Of a stretch of DNA of 64,000 bases, positions 12,564 through 28,487 are shown one piece after another. Position numbers and translations under genes: made by a program. The notes below the pieces were generated by a model, which was not told where the DNA came from, ran no database searches, and saw only the letters and a program-made list of their open reading frames with translations. The number at the start of each line of letters is the position of its first letter. Position 1 is the stretch's first letter. The DNA comes from the human T2T-CHM13v2.0 reference genome, Homo sapiens. The stretch is taken from the NCBI RefSeq assembly GCF_009914755.1, contig NC_060931.1; one strand, written 5' to 3'.

Positions 12564-12920
12564 ACTGGCTCACTTTTGAAAGCACTTTGCAAACCTCTGT
12601 CACCCTCAAACAGCCCAGCAAACAGGGAATTGCCAATGCAAAGAAGCCGGGTGCAGGCTGCCTGCCTTGCCTTGGGACCAGAGTGGCCTGGCGGTGGAAC
12701 ATGAGAGGAGAGCAGCTGACCCTGGCCTTTAGGGGCTGGAACCAGGTGAGACTGACCCACCTGAGTCCCACTTGTGCTCCGGTCACAGCAGTAGGAGCCC
12801 TCTGTGGGGTGTTCTGCCCCTAGCTAGGGCCAGCTCATCTTCACCCCTCACTTCTTAAAATTCTTAAGATTCCATTTAAGAATTTTGTGGGTCACTCAGC
12901 TCTGCCTGAAACAGCCTCAC

Positions 12921-13650
12921 TGTAACTGACCAGCGGGTTCTCCTTGCCTGCTGCCTGGACAGAGCCGATTTATCAAGACAGGGAAAGTGCAATAGAGAAA
13001 GAGTTTAATTCACATGGAGCGGGCTGTATGGGAGACCAGGGTTTTCTTATTACTCAAATGTCTCCCTGAAAACTTGGGAATCGAGGTTTTTAAGGATAAT
13101 TTGGTGAGTAGGGGGTTGGAAAGTGGGGAGTGCTGATTGGTCAGGTTGGAAATGAAATCATAGGGAGTCAAAGTTGTCCTCTTGCACTGAGTCAGTTCCT
13201 GGGTAGGGGCCACAAGACCAGATGAGCCAGTTTATCGATCTGGGTGGTGCCTGCTGATCCATCAAGTGCAGGGTCTGCAAAATATCTCCAGCACTGATCT
13301 TAGCTTTTACAATAGTGATGTTATCCCCAGGATAGCAATTTGGGGAGGTTCAGAGTCTTGTAACCTCCAGCTGCTTGATTTCCAAACTGTAATTTCTAAT
13401 CTTGTGGCTAATTTGTTAGTCCTGGAAAGGCAGTCTAGTCCCCAGGCAGGAAGGGGGTTTGTTTTGGGAAAGGGCTGTTATTGTCTTTGTTTCAAAGTTG
13501 AACTATAAACTAAATTCCTCCCAAAGTTAGTTCAGCCTACGCCCAGGAATGAACAAGGACAGCTTGGAGGTTAGAAGCAAGATGGAATCAGGTCAGATCT
13601 CTTTCCCTGTCATCATTTTCTCAGTTACACTTTTTCCAAAAGCAGTTCCA
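12921..13650 (-). mobile_element. LTR8-family solo LTR
   Basis: TGTAAC..GATTTATCAAGACAGGG..GGACAGCTTGGAGGTTAGAAGCAAGATGG; TSD TCAC/TCAT. Confidence 0.9.
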
Positions 13651-14386
13651 TCATTGCTGCAACTTCTGGAGAAGTACCCTAGCCTGCCCCCTCCCTACTC
13701 ATCGCTGCATCAAATCTGCCACCATTCAGTTTGGACAGGACCTGAATTTAAATGAAGAATGAGAGGAGTCTTTTGTTCTGCCGCATTTTTTTGCTTTTGG
13801 TTTGAGGAGGTAGGGGGTGGTCGGAAGAGGAGACTTAGACATGCTAGTGACAAGTTTTAATATTCCATCTTTTTAAAAATTTGAAATTTTTTTATACTGA
13901 CATAGAGCAAATAGCACCGTGCCATGTTTCATAATTTATGTGGAGGATCTATCATGTGCTTTTGACAGGTCTAGCATATTTACAGCGGCTACAGGCTTCT
14001 CTGTCTAGGAAGATGCCTTCTCTTGACTGCCTCAGTGATGTTGCTTTCTGACCATCTGCCCCACCTTGTCTGCAGCGTCCCAGGCAGTTTGAAGTCATCC
14101 GTCCACCTGCTTCTTACCTTAATCTGCTTTCTTTTGCTCCCAGCACCATGTCTATTTGTCGTTTTCTAGGAATAGTGACCTTGACTGGCAGGCAAACTCT
14201 TCCCTCTCTTCTTTCCCCTTTTTATTTAACCTTGATTGAGCCTTGAGTCCTGTGCTGGGTCAGGCACTGACATAAAAGTGGATTTCTGTCCTCAGGGCTC
14301 ACAGCTTACTGGGGCCAACGTGATACACAGCAGCATATGACCACACACAGAAAGTGAACCAAACCCAGGCTGGAGGGAGGATGGGT

Positions 14387-14843
<457 letters not shown>

Positions 14844-15022
14844 AGTTGCAGTTTTATCAGTACTGTTCACAGCCAGCTGTGCAAGCTGAGGGCTCTTGGC
14901 TTAGTGGTGCTGCCATCCCAAGGGGCGTTCTGGACCTTGACTTTAGACCTCATCTTGACCTTGGAACCTCCAGGTCTGGTTCTTCAATACTGGACAACAT
15001 GTGAGCTCTCCATTATCATTCG

Positions 15023-15653
15023 TTTATTTATTTTTAGAGACAAGATCTTGCTCCATTGCCCAGGCTAAAGTGCAGTGGCACAATCATAGCTCTCTGCAGT
15101 CCCGAACTCCTGGGCTCAGTAGATCCTCCTGTCTCAGCCCAATGAGTAGCTGGGACTATAGGTGTGTGCCACCATACCTGGCTAATTTTTAAAAACATAT
15201 TTTATAGAGATGGGGTCTCACAATGTTGCCCAGGCTGATCTCAAACTCCTGGACTCAAGCAGTCCTCCTGCCTTGGCCTCCCAATCTGTTGGAATTACAT
15301 GTGTGAGCCACCACACCTGGCCTTTTATTTATTATTGTTATTATTACTTTATTTTGAGATGGAGTCTCACTCTGTTGCCCAGACTGGAGTGCAGTAGCAC
15401 AATCTTGGCTTGCTGCAACCTCCACCTCCTGGGTTCAAGTGATTCTCCCACCTCAGTCTCCCGAGGAGCTGGGACTACAGGCATGTGCCACCACACCTGG
15501 GTAATTTTTTTTTTTTTTTTGTATTTTTAGTAGAGACAGCGTTTCACCCTGTTGTCCAGGCTGGTCTTGGACTCCTGACCTCAAGTGATCTACCCCCCTC
15601 AGCCTCCTAAAGTGCTGGAATTATAGGTGTGAGTCACTGTGCCCAGCCTGGCC
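15023..15653 (-). mobile_element. Tandem AluJ (15023-15322) and AluS (15325-15653)
   Basis: Two complete dimeric Alus. Confidence 0.95.
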
Positions 15654-15711
15654 TTTCATTTTTAGATGAAACTTTTTATTTTGGGGAAATGGTAGATTTA
15701 CATGCATTGGT

Positions 15712-15742
<31 letters not shown>

Positions 15743-15937
15743 GATCTTGTGCACTCTTTATCAGTTCCCCCAAAGGTAATACCTTGAAATACTACTACAA
15801 TGTCATCACCAGGATACTGACATTAAGACAGTCAAGAGCCATCACATTTCCATCACTGCAAGGTTGCCTCCTGTTGTCTTTCTATAGCCGTATCCATGTT
15901 GGTCCTGCCCCCTCCCCTTCTTGACCATTGGTAACTA

Positions 15938-16298
<361 letters not shown>

Positions 16299-16299
16299 A

Positions 16300-16346
<47 letters not shown>

Positions 16347-16370
16347 CACACACATATATATACATATATA
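16299..16370. repeat. Compound (TA)n/(CA)n microsatellite
   Basis: Direct reading. Confidence 0.95.
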
Positions 16371-16516
16371 AAATTGTGTGGTATGTATCATTTTGGGATT
16401 GACTTTTTTCACTCATCCATGTTGTTATTGTCTCAATAGTTTATTCCTTATTATTTCTGAGTTGTATTTTGTGGTGTGTATATACCACAGTTGTTTTTTA
16501 ACCATTCATCCATTCA

Positions 16517-16690
16517 ATCAGAGAGGAGATCAAGAAAGATCAACAAAAAACAACACTATAGATCAATTGGGCCTAACAGGCATTTACATAGTACTCCACC
16601 CAACAGCAACAGAATACACATTCTTCCCAAGCACACACGAGATATTTACCAGGATAGATCACCCATGAAGGTACAAAACAAGTCTTAACC
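16517..16690 (+). mobile_element. Orphan L1 ORF2 endonuclease-domain fragment
   Basis: Translates NNTIDQLGLTGIYIVLHPTATEYTFFPSTHEIFTRIDH; opposite strand to host L1. Confidence 0.85.
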
Positions 16691-17354
16691 AACTGGGTTG
16701 TTTCCAGTTTTGGAGTCACACAGAAAGCTGCTATGAATGTTTGTGTATAAGTTTTTTTGTGTGTATGTATAAGTCTCCATACTCCTGAGATAAATACCCA
16801 AGTGTGCAATTGCTCAATGGTAGTTGCATGTTTTGTTTCTAAGAACGTACAAACTATTTTTCTGAGTGGCTCTACCATTTTGTATTCCCACCAGTGTTGT
16901 ATGAGTGACCCAATTTCTCCTTATCCTCATCAGAATTAGGTGTTGTCACTATTTTTTATTTTGATAACTTTTCATATGTGTGGAGAGATATCTTACTGGG
17001 ATTTAAATTTGTATTTCCCTGGTTGCTAATTATACCAAACAACTTTTCATATGATTATTAGCCATCTCTAAATACTCTTTGATAAAATAGCTGTCCATGT
17101 CTTTTACCTATTTCTAATTGGATTGTTTGATGTTTTTGCTGTTGAGAGTTCTTTATATATTTGTGATGCTAGTCCTTTGTCAGCTATGTGGTTTGGAAAT
17201 ATTTGTTTCCAGACTGTAGCATGTCTTTTCAATTTCTTTTTCACAGAACAAAACTTTAAAATTTTGATGAGGTCCAGCTTATCAAAGGTGTGTCTTCTGC
17301 ACCCTCCCAGGGTGAATGAGTAGGTCTTAAATGATAAATCTACACTAATATTTC

Positions 17355-17658
<304 letters not shown>

Positions 17659-19395
17659 CACACTAATATTTCAGTCTCCCTAAGTCTCTACATTAAACCA
17701 AGAAAGGTTGGAATTTTCCAACTTGCTCACTCTGGGCCACCATCTTGGTCTGTGTTTCAGCCAAGCAACCAAATTGTTAGAGCCCTTTCTAACTCCCCAA
17801 GGTGCAACATTAAATGCAGAGCATATCAAGGCTGAATGCTTGACCATGGGCCACCAATTTAGCATGTGACCTGAGTGGCCCATGATCCAGGCAAGTTGAC
17901 ACATAAAATCAATTTTCAGTCTAGCTAAGTGTTTATCTATTTTGTTGATCTTCTTAATAAATAGCTTAATTTATTTGACTTTTGTATCGTGTTTCTCCTC
18001 TTTATTTTGTTTATTTCTGCTCTCATCTTTATTTTTTCCTTCTTTCTGCTAACTTTGGGTGTAGTTTTTCTTCGTTTTCTAGTTCTTTGAGGTGTTAAGT
18101 TAGGTTCTTGATTTGAGATTTCTTCTTTTTTTAAATGTAGGCATTTACCACTCTAAACTAAACTTACCTCTTAGTACCCCTTTTGCTGCATCCTATAAAT
18201 TCTGGCAAGTTGTGTTTTTGTTTTAATTGTCTTACAGTATTTTCTAATTTTGTTTGTGGTCTCTTCTTTGACCCATTAGTTGTTCAAGATGCTGTTATTT
18301 GATGTCCACATATTTAAAATTTTTTCATTTTCTCTACTACTATTGATTTCTAATTTCATTCCATTGTGGTCAGAAAAGAGTAAATATGATTGCAGTCTTA
18401 AATTTGTTAAGACTTATTTTGTCACTTAGCATGTGATCTATTCACGTGTGCTTGAGAAGAATGTGTATTCTGCTGCTTTTGGGTGGAGTGTTATGTATAT
18501 ATCTGTTAGGTCCAGTTGGTTTATAGTGTTCAACTCCTCTGCTTTTTTTACTGATTTTCTATCTGGTTGTTTCATTCATTATCAAAAGTAGGATATTAGA
18601 ATTTCATATTATTACTGTGTTATTCTCTATTTCTCCCTTTTATTCTGTCAGTTGGCTTCATATATTTGGGTGCCGTGATGTTAGATGCATATAAATTTAT
18701 AAGTGTTATATATCCTTCCGGTGTATTGAACCTTTTATCATTATATAATAATGTCTCTTTTTTGTCTCTTGTGACTTTTTTTTTAACTTAAAGTCTATTT
18801 TGTGATATTGGTATGGCCATCCATACTTTATTTTAGTTACTATTTGCTTGGAATACCTTTTTCCATCCTTTCACTTTCAGCCTATGTGTTTTTAAATCTA
18901 AAATGGGTTTCTTGTATACAGCATATGGTTATATCTTGGTTAAAAAAATCATTCAGCCACTCTATGTCTTTTGATTGGAAAGTTTAATACATTTACATTG
19001 AAAGTAGTTACTGACAGAAAAGGACTTATTATTGCCATTTTGTTAATTGTTTTGTGTCTGTCTTTTAGCTACTGTGTCCCTTTTTTACTCTCTTTATGAC
19101 CTCCTTTGTGTTTTATTAATTTTTTTGTATGACATACTTTGATTCTTTCTCATTTTCTTTTGTTTATCTTCTATAGGTATTTTCTTTGCGGTTACTATGA
19201 GACTACATAAGATACTTTATATTCATTTGAAGGTGATAACAACTTCACTTCAATCATATAAAAAATTCTGCTCTTTTACATCTCCTCAGCCTCACTTTTT
19301 TATTGATGAACAAATTCCATCTTTCTATATTGAATATCCATTAACATAGTTTTATAATTATCTTTATTTTTAAAGCTTTTGTCTTTTAAATTTTA

Positions 19396-19737
<342 letters not shown>

Positions 19738-20206
19738 TTACAATATCCTATATCCTATATTTGTCTATATATTTACCTTTACCAGTCAGCGTTATATTTG
19801 TATATGCTTTGTGTTGTTGTCTATTGTCCTTTTGTTTTAATTTCCAGGACTCCCCTTAGCATTTTTTGTAAGGCAGATCTGGTGGTAACAAAGTCCCTCA
19901 GCTTTTGGTTATCTGGGAAATCTTTTTTCTTTTTCATTTTTGACAAGCAATTTTGCCAGATACAGTATTGTTGGTTGACAGTTGTTTTCTTTCAGTACTT
20001 TGAATATATCATTCTACTTTCTTCTGGCTTGAAAGGTTTCTCCTGAGAAATCCACTGCTGATTTATGGGAGCTCCCTTCTACATGATAAGTTGCTTTCCT
20101 CTTGCTATTTTCAAGATTCTCTCTTTTTCTTTGAATTTGACAGTTTGATCATAATGTGTTTCAGCATGAACTTCTTTGGATTCATCCTAGTTGGAGGCTT
20201 TTGAGC

Positions 20207-20517
20207 TTTTTTTTTTTTTTTTTTTTTTTTTTAGACAGGTTCTTGCTCTGTCACCCAGGCTGGAGTGCAATGGCATGATCTTGCCTCACTGCAACCTCTG
20301 CCCCCTTGGGCTCAAGTGACCCTCCCACTTCAACCTTGTGAGTAGCTGGGACAACAGGTGCACACCACCATGCCTGGCTATTTTTTTTGGTATTTTTGGT
20401 AGAGACAGGATCTTGCTGTGTTGCCCAGGCTGGTCTTGAACTCCTGAGCTCAAGTGATCCACTTGCCTCAGCCTTCTAAAGTGTTGGGATTACAGGCAGG
20501 AGCCACCATGCCCAGCC
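20207..20517 (-). mobile_element. AluJ in L1
   Basis: TSD TTTTGAGCTT. Confidence 0.9.
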
Positions 20518-21038
20518 TTTTTTGAGCTTCTTGAATTTGATGTTCATTGCCTTCCTCAGATTTGGAAGTTTTTGGCCATTATTTTTTTCAAAAAAGTGCT
20601 GTATTAATTTTCCTTCTCATCTCCTTCTGGGATATTTTTGATGCATTTATCGGTTGGCTTGATGGTGTCCCATAAGTCCTTTCAGCTTTGTTCACTCTTC
20701 TTCATTCTTTTTTCTTTTTTTCCCCTCTGACTTCATAATTTTAAATGACCTGTCTTTAAGTTCACTGATCGTTTCTTCTGCTTGATGAAGTCTGCTGTTG
20801 AGTTTGTCTAGTGACTTTTTCAATTCAGTTATTGTATTCTTCAGACCAGAATTTCTGTTTGGTTCAATTTTATGGTTTCTATCTTTTTCTGATATCCTCA
20901 TTTTTTTTTTCATGCATTTTCCCTCTGGTTTCATTTCACTGCCTGTCTGTGTTCTACTGTAACACATTGAGCTTCTTAATATGATTATTTTGGATTATCT
21001 TTCAGGTAATTCATAGATTCCCCTTAGTTTGGGCTTAA

Positions 21039-21427
<389 letters not shown>

Positions 21428-22087
21428 TTATTTATTTTTTGCTAAGTTTTAAGCATTTGAACAAATAGACACCTCACCCAATAATTACAGGCTGCCTTTG
21501 TACACAGGAAGATCTTCATCACTTAGCACTGCTAGAGATTCCGGGTGCTTTTGAAACCTTTTTTGAGGAATGCAACTTCTCTGGGCTTATACATATAACT
21601 TCCCAATTAGAGAACTTCTTCAGTTTCTTTTTGGGGAGCTCATACTCTCTTTCTCTGGTGTCTGTCTGTGGTACTGAAGGTTCTCTGGCGTTGCCGCAGG
21701 AAACTACTCAACTCTCCTTTGTTCTCAGTGACCCCAGGCATCCAAGGTCGCTAGCTTCCCAGCAGTTCCCTGAGTCAAGTAAGACAGATACCAGTCCCTC
21801 GAGTAGCCCTCCAAAAACAGGAACACTGAGTGCCTGTTTCATTCCTCTCTTCCCCACTCAGAGGGAGATGTTATGAACCAGGGTGTTCTCTCTTGGTGCT
21901 GGGTTGTGCTGGGTTGGGGGTGGAGTGATCATACAGGAAGTGAAACAGCTATTCTTATCTGATTCAATATGGCTGTTCTTGGTTTCATACTCACCATGGC
22001 TACTGCAATATCTTTTCTGGTTTTTAGGGTCCTCATATGTTTATTTTGTTCTATATATTGTTGTTGAGTCTGTTTCTGAAGGGATGA

Positions 22088-22455
<368 letters not shown>

Positions 22456-22756
22456 CCTTATCTTTTAATTATTTTTCTTCTGCAATAAGCCAGAGTTTGT
22501 CTCTGTGGCTTGACTTCAGGTTCTTTTTTGGGGCCAATGTATTCCATGCAGGCAACACTACATGGAAAGGCGCACAGATGAGAAGGAGTATGACTTGTCT
22601 GGGAACTGTGAATAGTTATTGGATAGCCTGCAATGCTCACATAACCCTGGCCAAAGGAGCCTCTGCTGACTGGTTCTCTGTCTCCATAGAATGTTTCTGG
22701 AAGTTGTAAGAACAGACCTGACTCCTGAGCATGGTCTGACATGGTGTGTTATAGAC

Positions 22757-22897
22757 CTTTGCTACTCAAAGTGTGGTCCATCACCTAGGAGCTTGTTAGA
22801 AATGCAGAACCTCATGCTCCTCCCTTGATTTAGCATCAGAATCTTCATTTTAACAAGAATCTGGGTGATTCTTCTTGCACTGAAGCCTGGGAAGCAT
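22757..22897. mobile_element. MER5-family DNA transposon, internally deleted
   Basis: GCTACTCAAAGTGTGGTCC..GAGCTTGTTAGAAATGCAGAA..CATTTTAACAAG. Confidence 0.8.
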
Positions 22898-23859
22898 GGA
22901 TAGAGCTGGCCCTAGGATCTGGATACCTGTAGGAGCTTCTGAGTTGACCAAGCAGTGCATGGGGAGTGAGGTATCATCTGGGACCTGAGCTGGTAACCCA
23001 TCCACTGCTTAAAATGTTCTATAACATGCTTTGTTTGCATTTTTCTCCAACCTAAACCCTCAGTTAGTTAAACCTCCCCAGAGCTTCCATATTAAATGGT
23101 TCTCTTCTTGAGAAAGGTTCAATATTTGCTCATTCAAATTAACTCAGCTCTAGCCTTCTGTCAAAGCATTGTGCCAAATGTAACAGCATCATTACTTTCC
23201 TTAATCTAGTTTAAAAATAGACTATAAACATATTCCTTTTTTTTTCTGCACAACCATGTAGGAGAATTTATCTTTCTTTACCTGAAAACTTTTAATTACT
23301 TGCATTTGGGATTCCAAGGCTGTCTCAGTAATACAATTAATTTTAATGAGGAGTCTAAGTTTATCATTCAATCCAATTATTCTAAATTAAGTGATCGTGT
23401 ATTTCACTTCATTGTCAATTGATTGTGATTACCTATTATCAAGTAAACTCAATATATTTATGATAATTTTATTAATCAGGCAATGCCTGCTGTCCAAAAG
23501 CCATGGTTTTTTTATTCAGTGGCTCATATATGGGCACCTTGAAATACCGTGACATACTGTGAAATCAATGCAAACCACAGATGTTTATTAAACTCCTGCA
23601 TAGGTAGCACTCTACTGGGACTATTAGAATAAAGGAAAATGTTTAGGACAATTGCTGCTCTTAAGAGCCTTATATGTAGCTGAGTTGGGCTGAGTGTGTG
23701 GGTGAGTATGATAACTTGTCAGAAGGGTGATGCAAAACAAAAGGTGCTGGTGGGTAGAGAAGGCCCAGCCGAGAAGGCTTCAGGGTGGAAGCAGGACTTG
23801 GGTCTCCAGGAGGCTGTGAAGCATAGACCCTATTAGGTGAATGCCTTACAAGTACTGAC

Positions 23860-24340
23860 ATTGGGAAGATCTGGGATGCTTATTAGACATATATATCCAT
23901 GGGCCCCACCCCAGAACTATAGAATCAGGATCTCTGGGGCATGGATCTAGGAATCTGATTTTCAATTAATTAATTAACTTTTTTTGAGTCAGTATCTCAT
24001 TCTATTGTCCAGGCTGGAGTGTGGTGGTATGATCATAGCTCATTGCAGCCTCAAACTCCTAGGCTCAAGCGATCTTCCCACCTCAGTAGCTCCTGAATAA
24101 CTGTGACTACAGGCATGCACCACCACACCCATATGGCTGTTAAATTTTTTTTAGAGATGGGGTCTTGCTATGTTGCCCAGGCTAGTCTCAAACTCCTGGT
24201 CACAAGCAATTCTCCCACCTTGCCATCCAAAGACACTGGGATTATAGACATGAGCCACTATACCTGGCCAGGAATCTGATGTTTAATAGAAGATTAATCT
24301 AAGAAGGTGACTCGTAGGCACAGGAAGTATGATAACCACT
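23860..24340. mobile_element. MER5-family relic split by AluJ (23960-24269, minus)
   Basis: GGGCCCCACCCCAGA..AGAATCAG; Alu TSD AGGAATCTGAT. Confidence 0.75.
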
Positions 24341-24698
24341 GTCATAGTGGTGACGAGAAAGGTGTCTGTATCCAAAGCTTGATGTGACATTCCCAGCCCC
24401 CGCTCACTACCTTTATGATCTCAGGCCTGATGAGTCCCATGTTCACACCTATCTGACACCATATGCAATTCAGTTTTGAATTCTGCCTCCCACCAGGGCC
24501 CCTGCCTAACTCTAAACTCCCCTCTTCAACCCTCTGTCCACCTCTGTACTCTCCTCCACACTGGAGCCATCGTGATTTCTTCCTCACTCTCACCAACCTG
24601 CTGCTTCCTGGTCTGCATAGACCCCTCCTCACCTTCATCCCCACTGCACATAAACTTATCTTTCAAGACTCAGCATACACATCACCTCCTCCGCAAAT

Positions 24699-25364
24699 TG
24701 AAACTGCCTTTGCAAAATTATGACTGAGACAGTGAAAGAGATCTAACTTAACTGACTCTATCTTGCCTCTAACCTCCAAGCTGTCCTTGTTCATTCCTGG
24801 GCGTAGGCTAAACTAACTTTGGGAGAAACTTAGTTTATAGTTTAAACAAAGGTAATAACAGCCCTTTCCCAAAGCAGACCTCCTTTTTGCCTGGGGACTA
24901 GATTACCTTTGTAGGACTAACATTAGCCACAACATTAGAAATTATGGTTTAGGAGTCATGCAGCTGGAGGTTACAAGATTCTGACCCTCCCTAAACCACT
25001 TCCTAAGATCAGTGCTTGAGATATTTTGCAGACCCTGCACTTGATGGATCAGCTGGTGCCACCCAGATTGATGAACTGGCTCATCCAATCTTGTTGCCCC
25101 CACGCAGGAACTGACTCAGCGCAAGAGTCAGCTTCGACTCCCTATGATTTCATCCCTGATCAATCAGCACCCCTGGCTCACTGGCTTCCCCCACCCATCA
25201 AGTTATCCTTAAAAACTCTGCTCCCTGATTTGAGTAATGGTAAAACTCTGGTCTCCTGCACAGCCAGGTTTGCATGAATTCCTCTTTCTCTACTGTAATT
25301 CCCCTGTCTTGATGAATCGGCTCTATCTAGGCAGCAGGCAAAGTGAACCCTTTGGACAGTTACA
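24699..25364 (+). mobile_element. LTR8-family solo LTR
   Basis: TGAAACTGCCTTTGCAAAATTATGACTGAGACAGTG..GGACAGTTACA. Confidence 0.9.
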
Positions 25365-25805
25365 GATTCTTCTCTGGGCTTCTAAGGATAGGTTCCAGCC
25401 TCCTGCCATGTTCTTGCATAGTGGGGAAGAAGTTCTATTGTTTGGGGAAGCCCAGCCCCTTCTAATTCCTCCTTTGTCAGAGCCCTACCCTTTCCAATGG
25501 GAAAGTGCACCCTACTCCTCTCCTCTCCAGCCATGTGATTCGGGAGGGAACATTCACAGGTATAGTGCTCTGCTCACCTGGCCAGTCAGAGCCAGTCCTG
25601 GTATTTTTATACTGAGGCAAGGAGAGAGAGCATAGGCATGTTCCATGAGGGAAAAGATCCCCTGTTGCAGAGACAAATGAGGCAGACACTTGCAGAGAAG
25701 CAGAGCTGGAGAGGGAATGAGAGAATCCCAAGGGCATCATTAACATCCTTGGGCTCAGTTCTGCCTGATGCTATCATCACCCCTGCCTTTCCAAGTATGT
25801 GAGTC

Positions 25806-26460
25806 TGTGGCAGGCCAGGTCTCACTAATGCGAGGTCCATCACAACTGTTTCAGCACTGACTCTGTAGTTAAATTAAACATTAAAAACCAAAAAGGCCAG
25901 TGCCCTTATATGAAGGCTGAAATGTAACAAAAGCCCATCAAGAGTTTTGCCTAGGCCTTTCCTGGGCCTCAAAGCATGACAAAATAATGAAGGAATTCTT
26001 AACAGGACCCATTTAGGATTAAACAAGCTTTATTGGGGGTCTGAAGAAACTCCCCAGGGCCTCCACAAATAAAGTTTATTGGAAGTCTGAAGGAACACCC
26101 CAAAACTCTGTGATTTAGCAGGAGACAAGATAAGGGTATTCACCGCAGCACCTACACCCATTTAGATTAAGTAAATTTACTGAGACTCCAGAGGAAGTTC
26201 TTTAGGACTCAGACCTTAGTTATAGATGAAAAGAAGTTAATCACAAATCTTTAGATGAATGCACACTTGCACATAGACATATAGCTTAGTATATAAGCTC
26301 TGAAAAACCTTGTAATTTTGAGTCGGTCTGGTGATAATTTCCAGGCCTTCTTCCTGTAACTGGTTACAGAAATAAAAAGTCTCTTCCTCCCCAGTTCATC
26401 TGCATCTCGTTGTTAGGCCACAAGAAATAGCAGCCCGACCCTCAGTTTGGTTTGGAAGCA
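25806..26460 (+). mobile_element. ERV1 solo LTR, LTR15-like, inserted in an older ERVL/MaLR LTR relic (~25370-26540)
   Basis: TGTGGCAGGCCAGGTCTCACTAA..; TATATAA near 26290, AATAAA near 26371; perfect AGTC TSD. Confidence 0.75.
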
Positions 26461-26544
26461 AGTCCGTAAATCCCCCTGTTGATTTAAACTAGGTTGAGTG
26501 TTTTGGTCACTTATAACAGAAACAAGTTCTCATGATGCTAGTGG

Positions 26545-26650
26545 ACATCACTCTTTTCCTCATCTGTCCTCCCAGCCAGGATGGGAGTTTCTGGAGGTTC
26601 AGCCCTGGAGCACACAGGCACTCAATAAATGTTTGTTGAAGGAATGAATA
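26545..26650 (+). mobile_element. L2 3' end
   Basis: GGCACTCAATAAATGTTTGTTGAAGGAATGAAT. Confidence 0.75.
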
Positions 26651-26715
26651 AAATGAGGAACTACACTTGAGTTTGTCTCACGCAGCTTGGACTTGCACTC
26701 TTTGAATTAATGGAT

Positions 26716-27464
26716 TGACAGTCAATATAAATATTTGAAGAGATTTATTCTGAGCCAAATATGAGTGACCATGGCCTGTGACACAGCCCTCAGGGGGTCC
26801 TGAGAACATGTGCCCAAGCTGGGTGGTCGGGGTGCAGCTTGGTTTTATACATTTTAGGGAGGTATGAGACATCAAATACATTTAAGAAATACATTGGTTT
26901 GGTCCAGAAAGGTGGGACAACTCAAAGCGGGGTGTGGGGGAAGGAGTGGGGGCTTCCAGGCTACAGGTAAATTTAAACATTTTCTGGTTGACAATTGGTT
27001 GAGTTTATCTCAAGACATGGGATCATAAAAAAGAAATGTTCAGGTTAAGATAAAAGATTGTGGAGACCAAGGTTCTTCTGAAGTCTTATAGTGGCTGCGA
27101 CCAATGTTTCCTATTCAGACCTTTAAAAGGTGCTAGACTCTTAGTTAATCTCTTTAGGGTTGGGAGGGCCTGGAAAAAAAGATCTAGCTGTGTGAATCGA
27201 GATTCTTCACAGATGCAAAATTTCCCCCACAAAGGACAGCTTTGCAGGGCCATTTCAAAATATGGCAAGGAAACATGTTTTGGGGTAAAAATATTTTGAT
27301 TTTCTTCCTTGTCTTGTCATGTTATGCCAGAGTCAGGTTGGAAAGTAAGTCACAATATATAGGGTTAAACAAGACCCATCTGATGAGAATTCATGATTTA
27401 CAGGACATGACTCCCCAGACCCTTTAGGAATTTGGGAAATATAAAAATCAGAGTTTAGTCCTCA
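26716..27464 (-). mobile_element. MER4E-like solo LTR
   Basis: ATTTGAAGAGATTTATTCTGAGCC..AAAATCAGAGTTTAGTCCTCA. Confidence 0.85.
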
Positions 27465-28146
27465 ACTTTCTTCCTGGGCTAGTCTAGCCCCATTGTTTCT
27501 GTTAGCTTGCTGCAGCCTCTGACTTAGCCCCCAGCTCGCAGGAGTTCTCAGTGAACTCCACAGTCAAGGCTGAACTATTTATAACAATATATCATCCTGT
27601 ACTGTTTATGCTTCTAAGCGCTGGGGAAAGGCATGAAAATCAAAATTAAAAGTAATTTAACCACTTGGTGCATGCTCATGGCTTCTCCATGATAGGAGAA
27701 GCTTCAAAGCACACTAAGGGCTTGCACACTTTGAGTGATGGGGAGCTCACTACCTCCTAAGGTGGTTCTTTCTATCTTAGGGAGGTTTCTTGCCAATAAA
27801 CAGCTCATCCTTTTACTGAGCTGAAAACAGCCTCTCATAACTAATTTCTCTACTTTGGTCCTAGTTCTCACTTCTGGCTTCTCCATATTGAAAAGGCAGG
27901 ACCTTGGTTGGTTTTCTAACCTAAATATTCCCAGGCTGAAACCAGGATTCATGGGAGCTTTCCCAAGTATTCATGAGATCTTCCTAAGGCTGAATATGCT
28001 TTTCTTTGTCTACATCTCTCTTAAAATGAAGCCCACTTTTGCCACTGCTCCCATCCCAACTCAAGCCACCACTGTCTCACAGTGGAATATAATTTTGTTA
28101 TAGCCTTCTTCCCCCAACCCCTGGGGTACTTTCTTTAATACTGTGA

Positions 28147-28487
<341 letters not shown>

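Noticed and set aside
20692-20967. Coiled-coil ORF
   Set aside because: L1 ORF1 remnant within a frameshifted, Alu-interrupted L1
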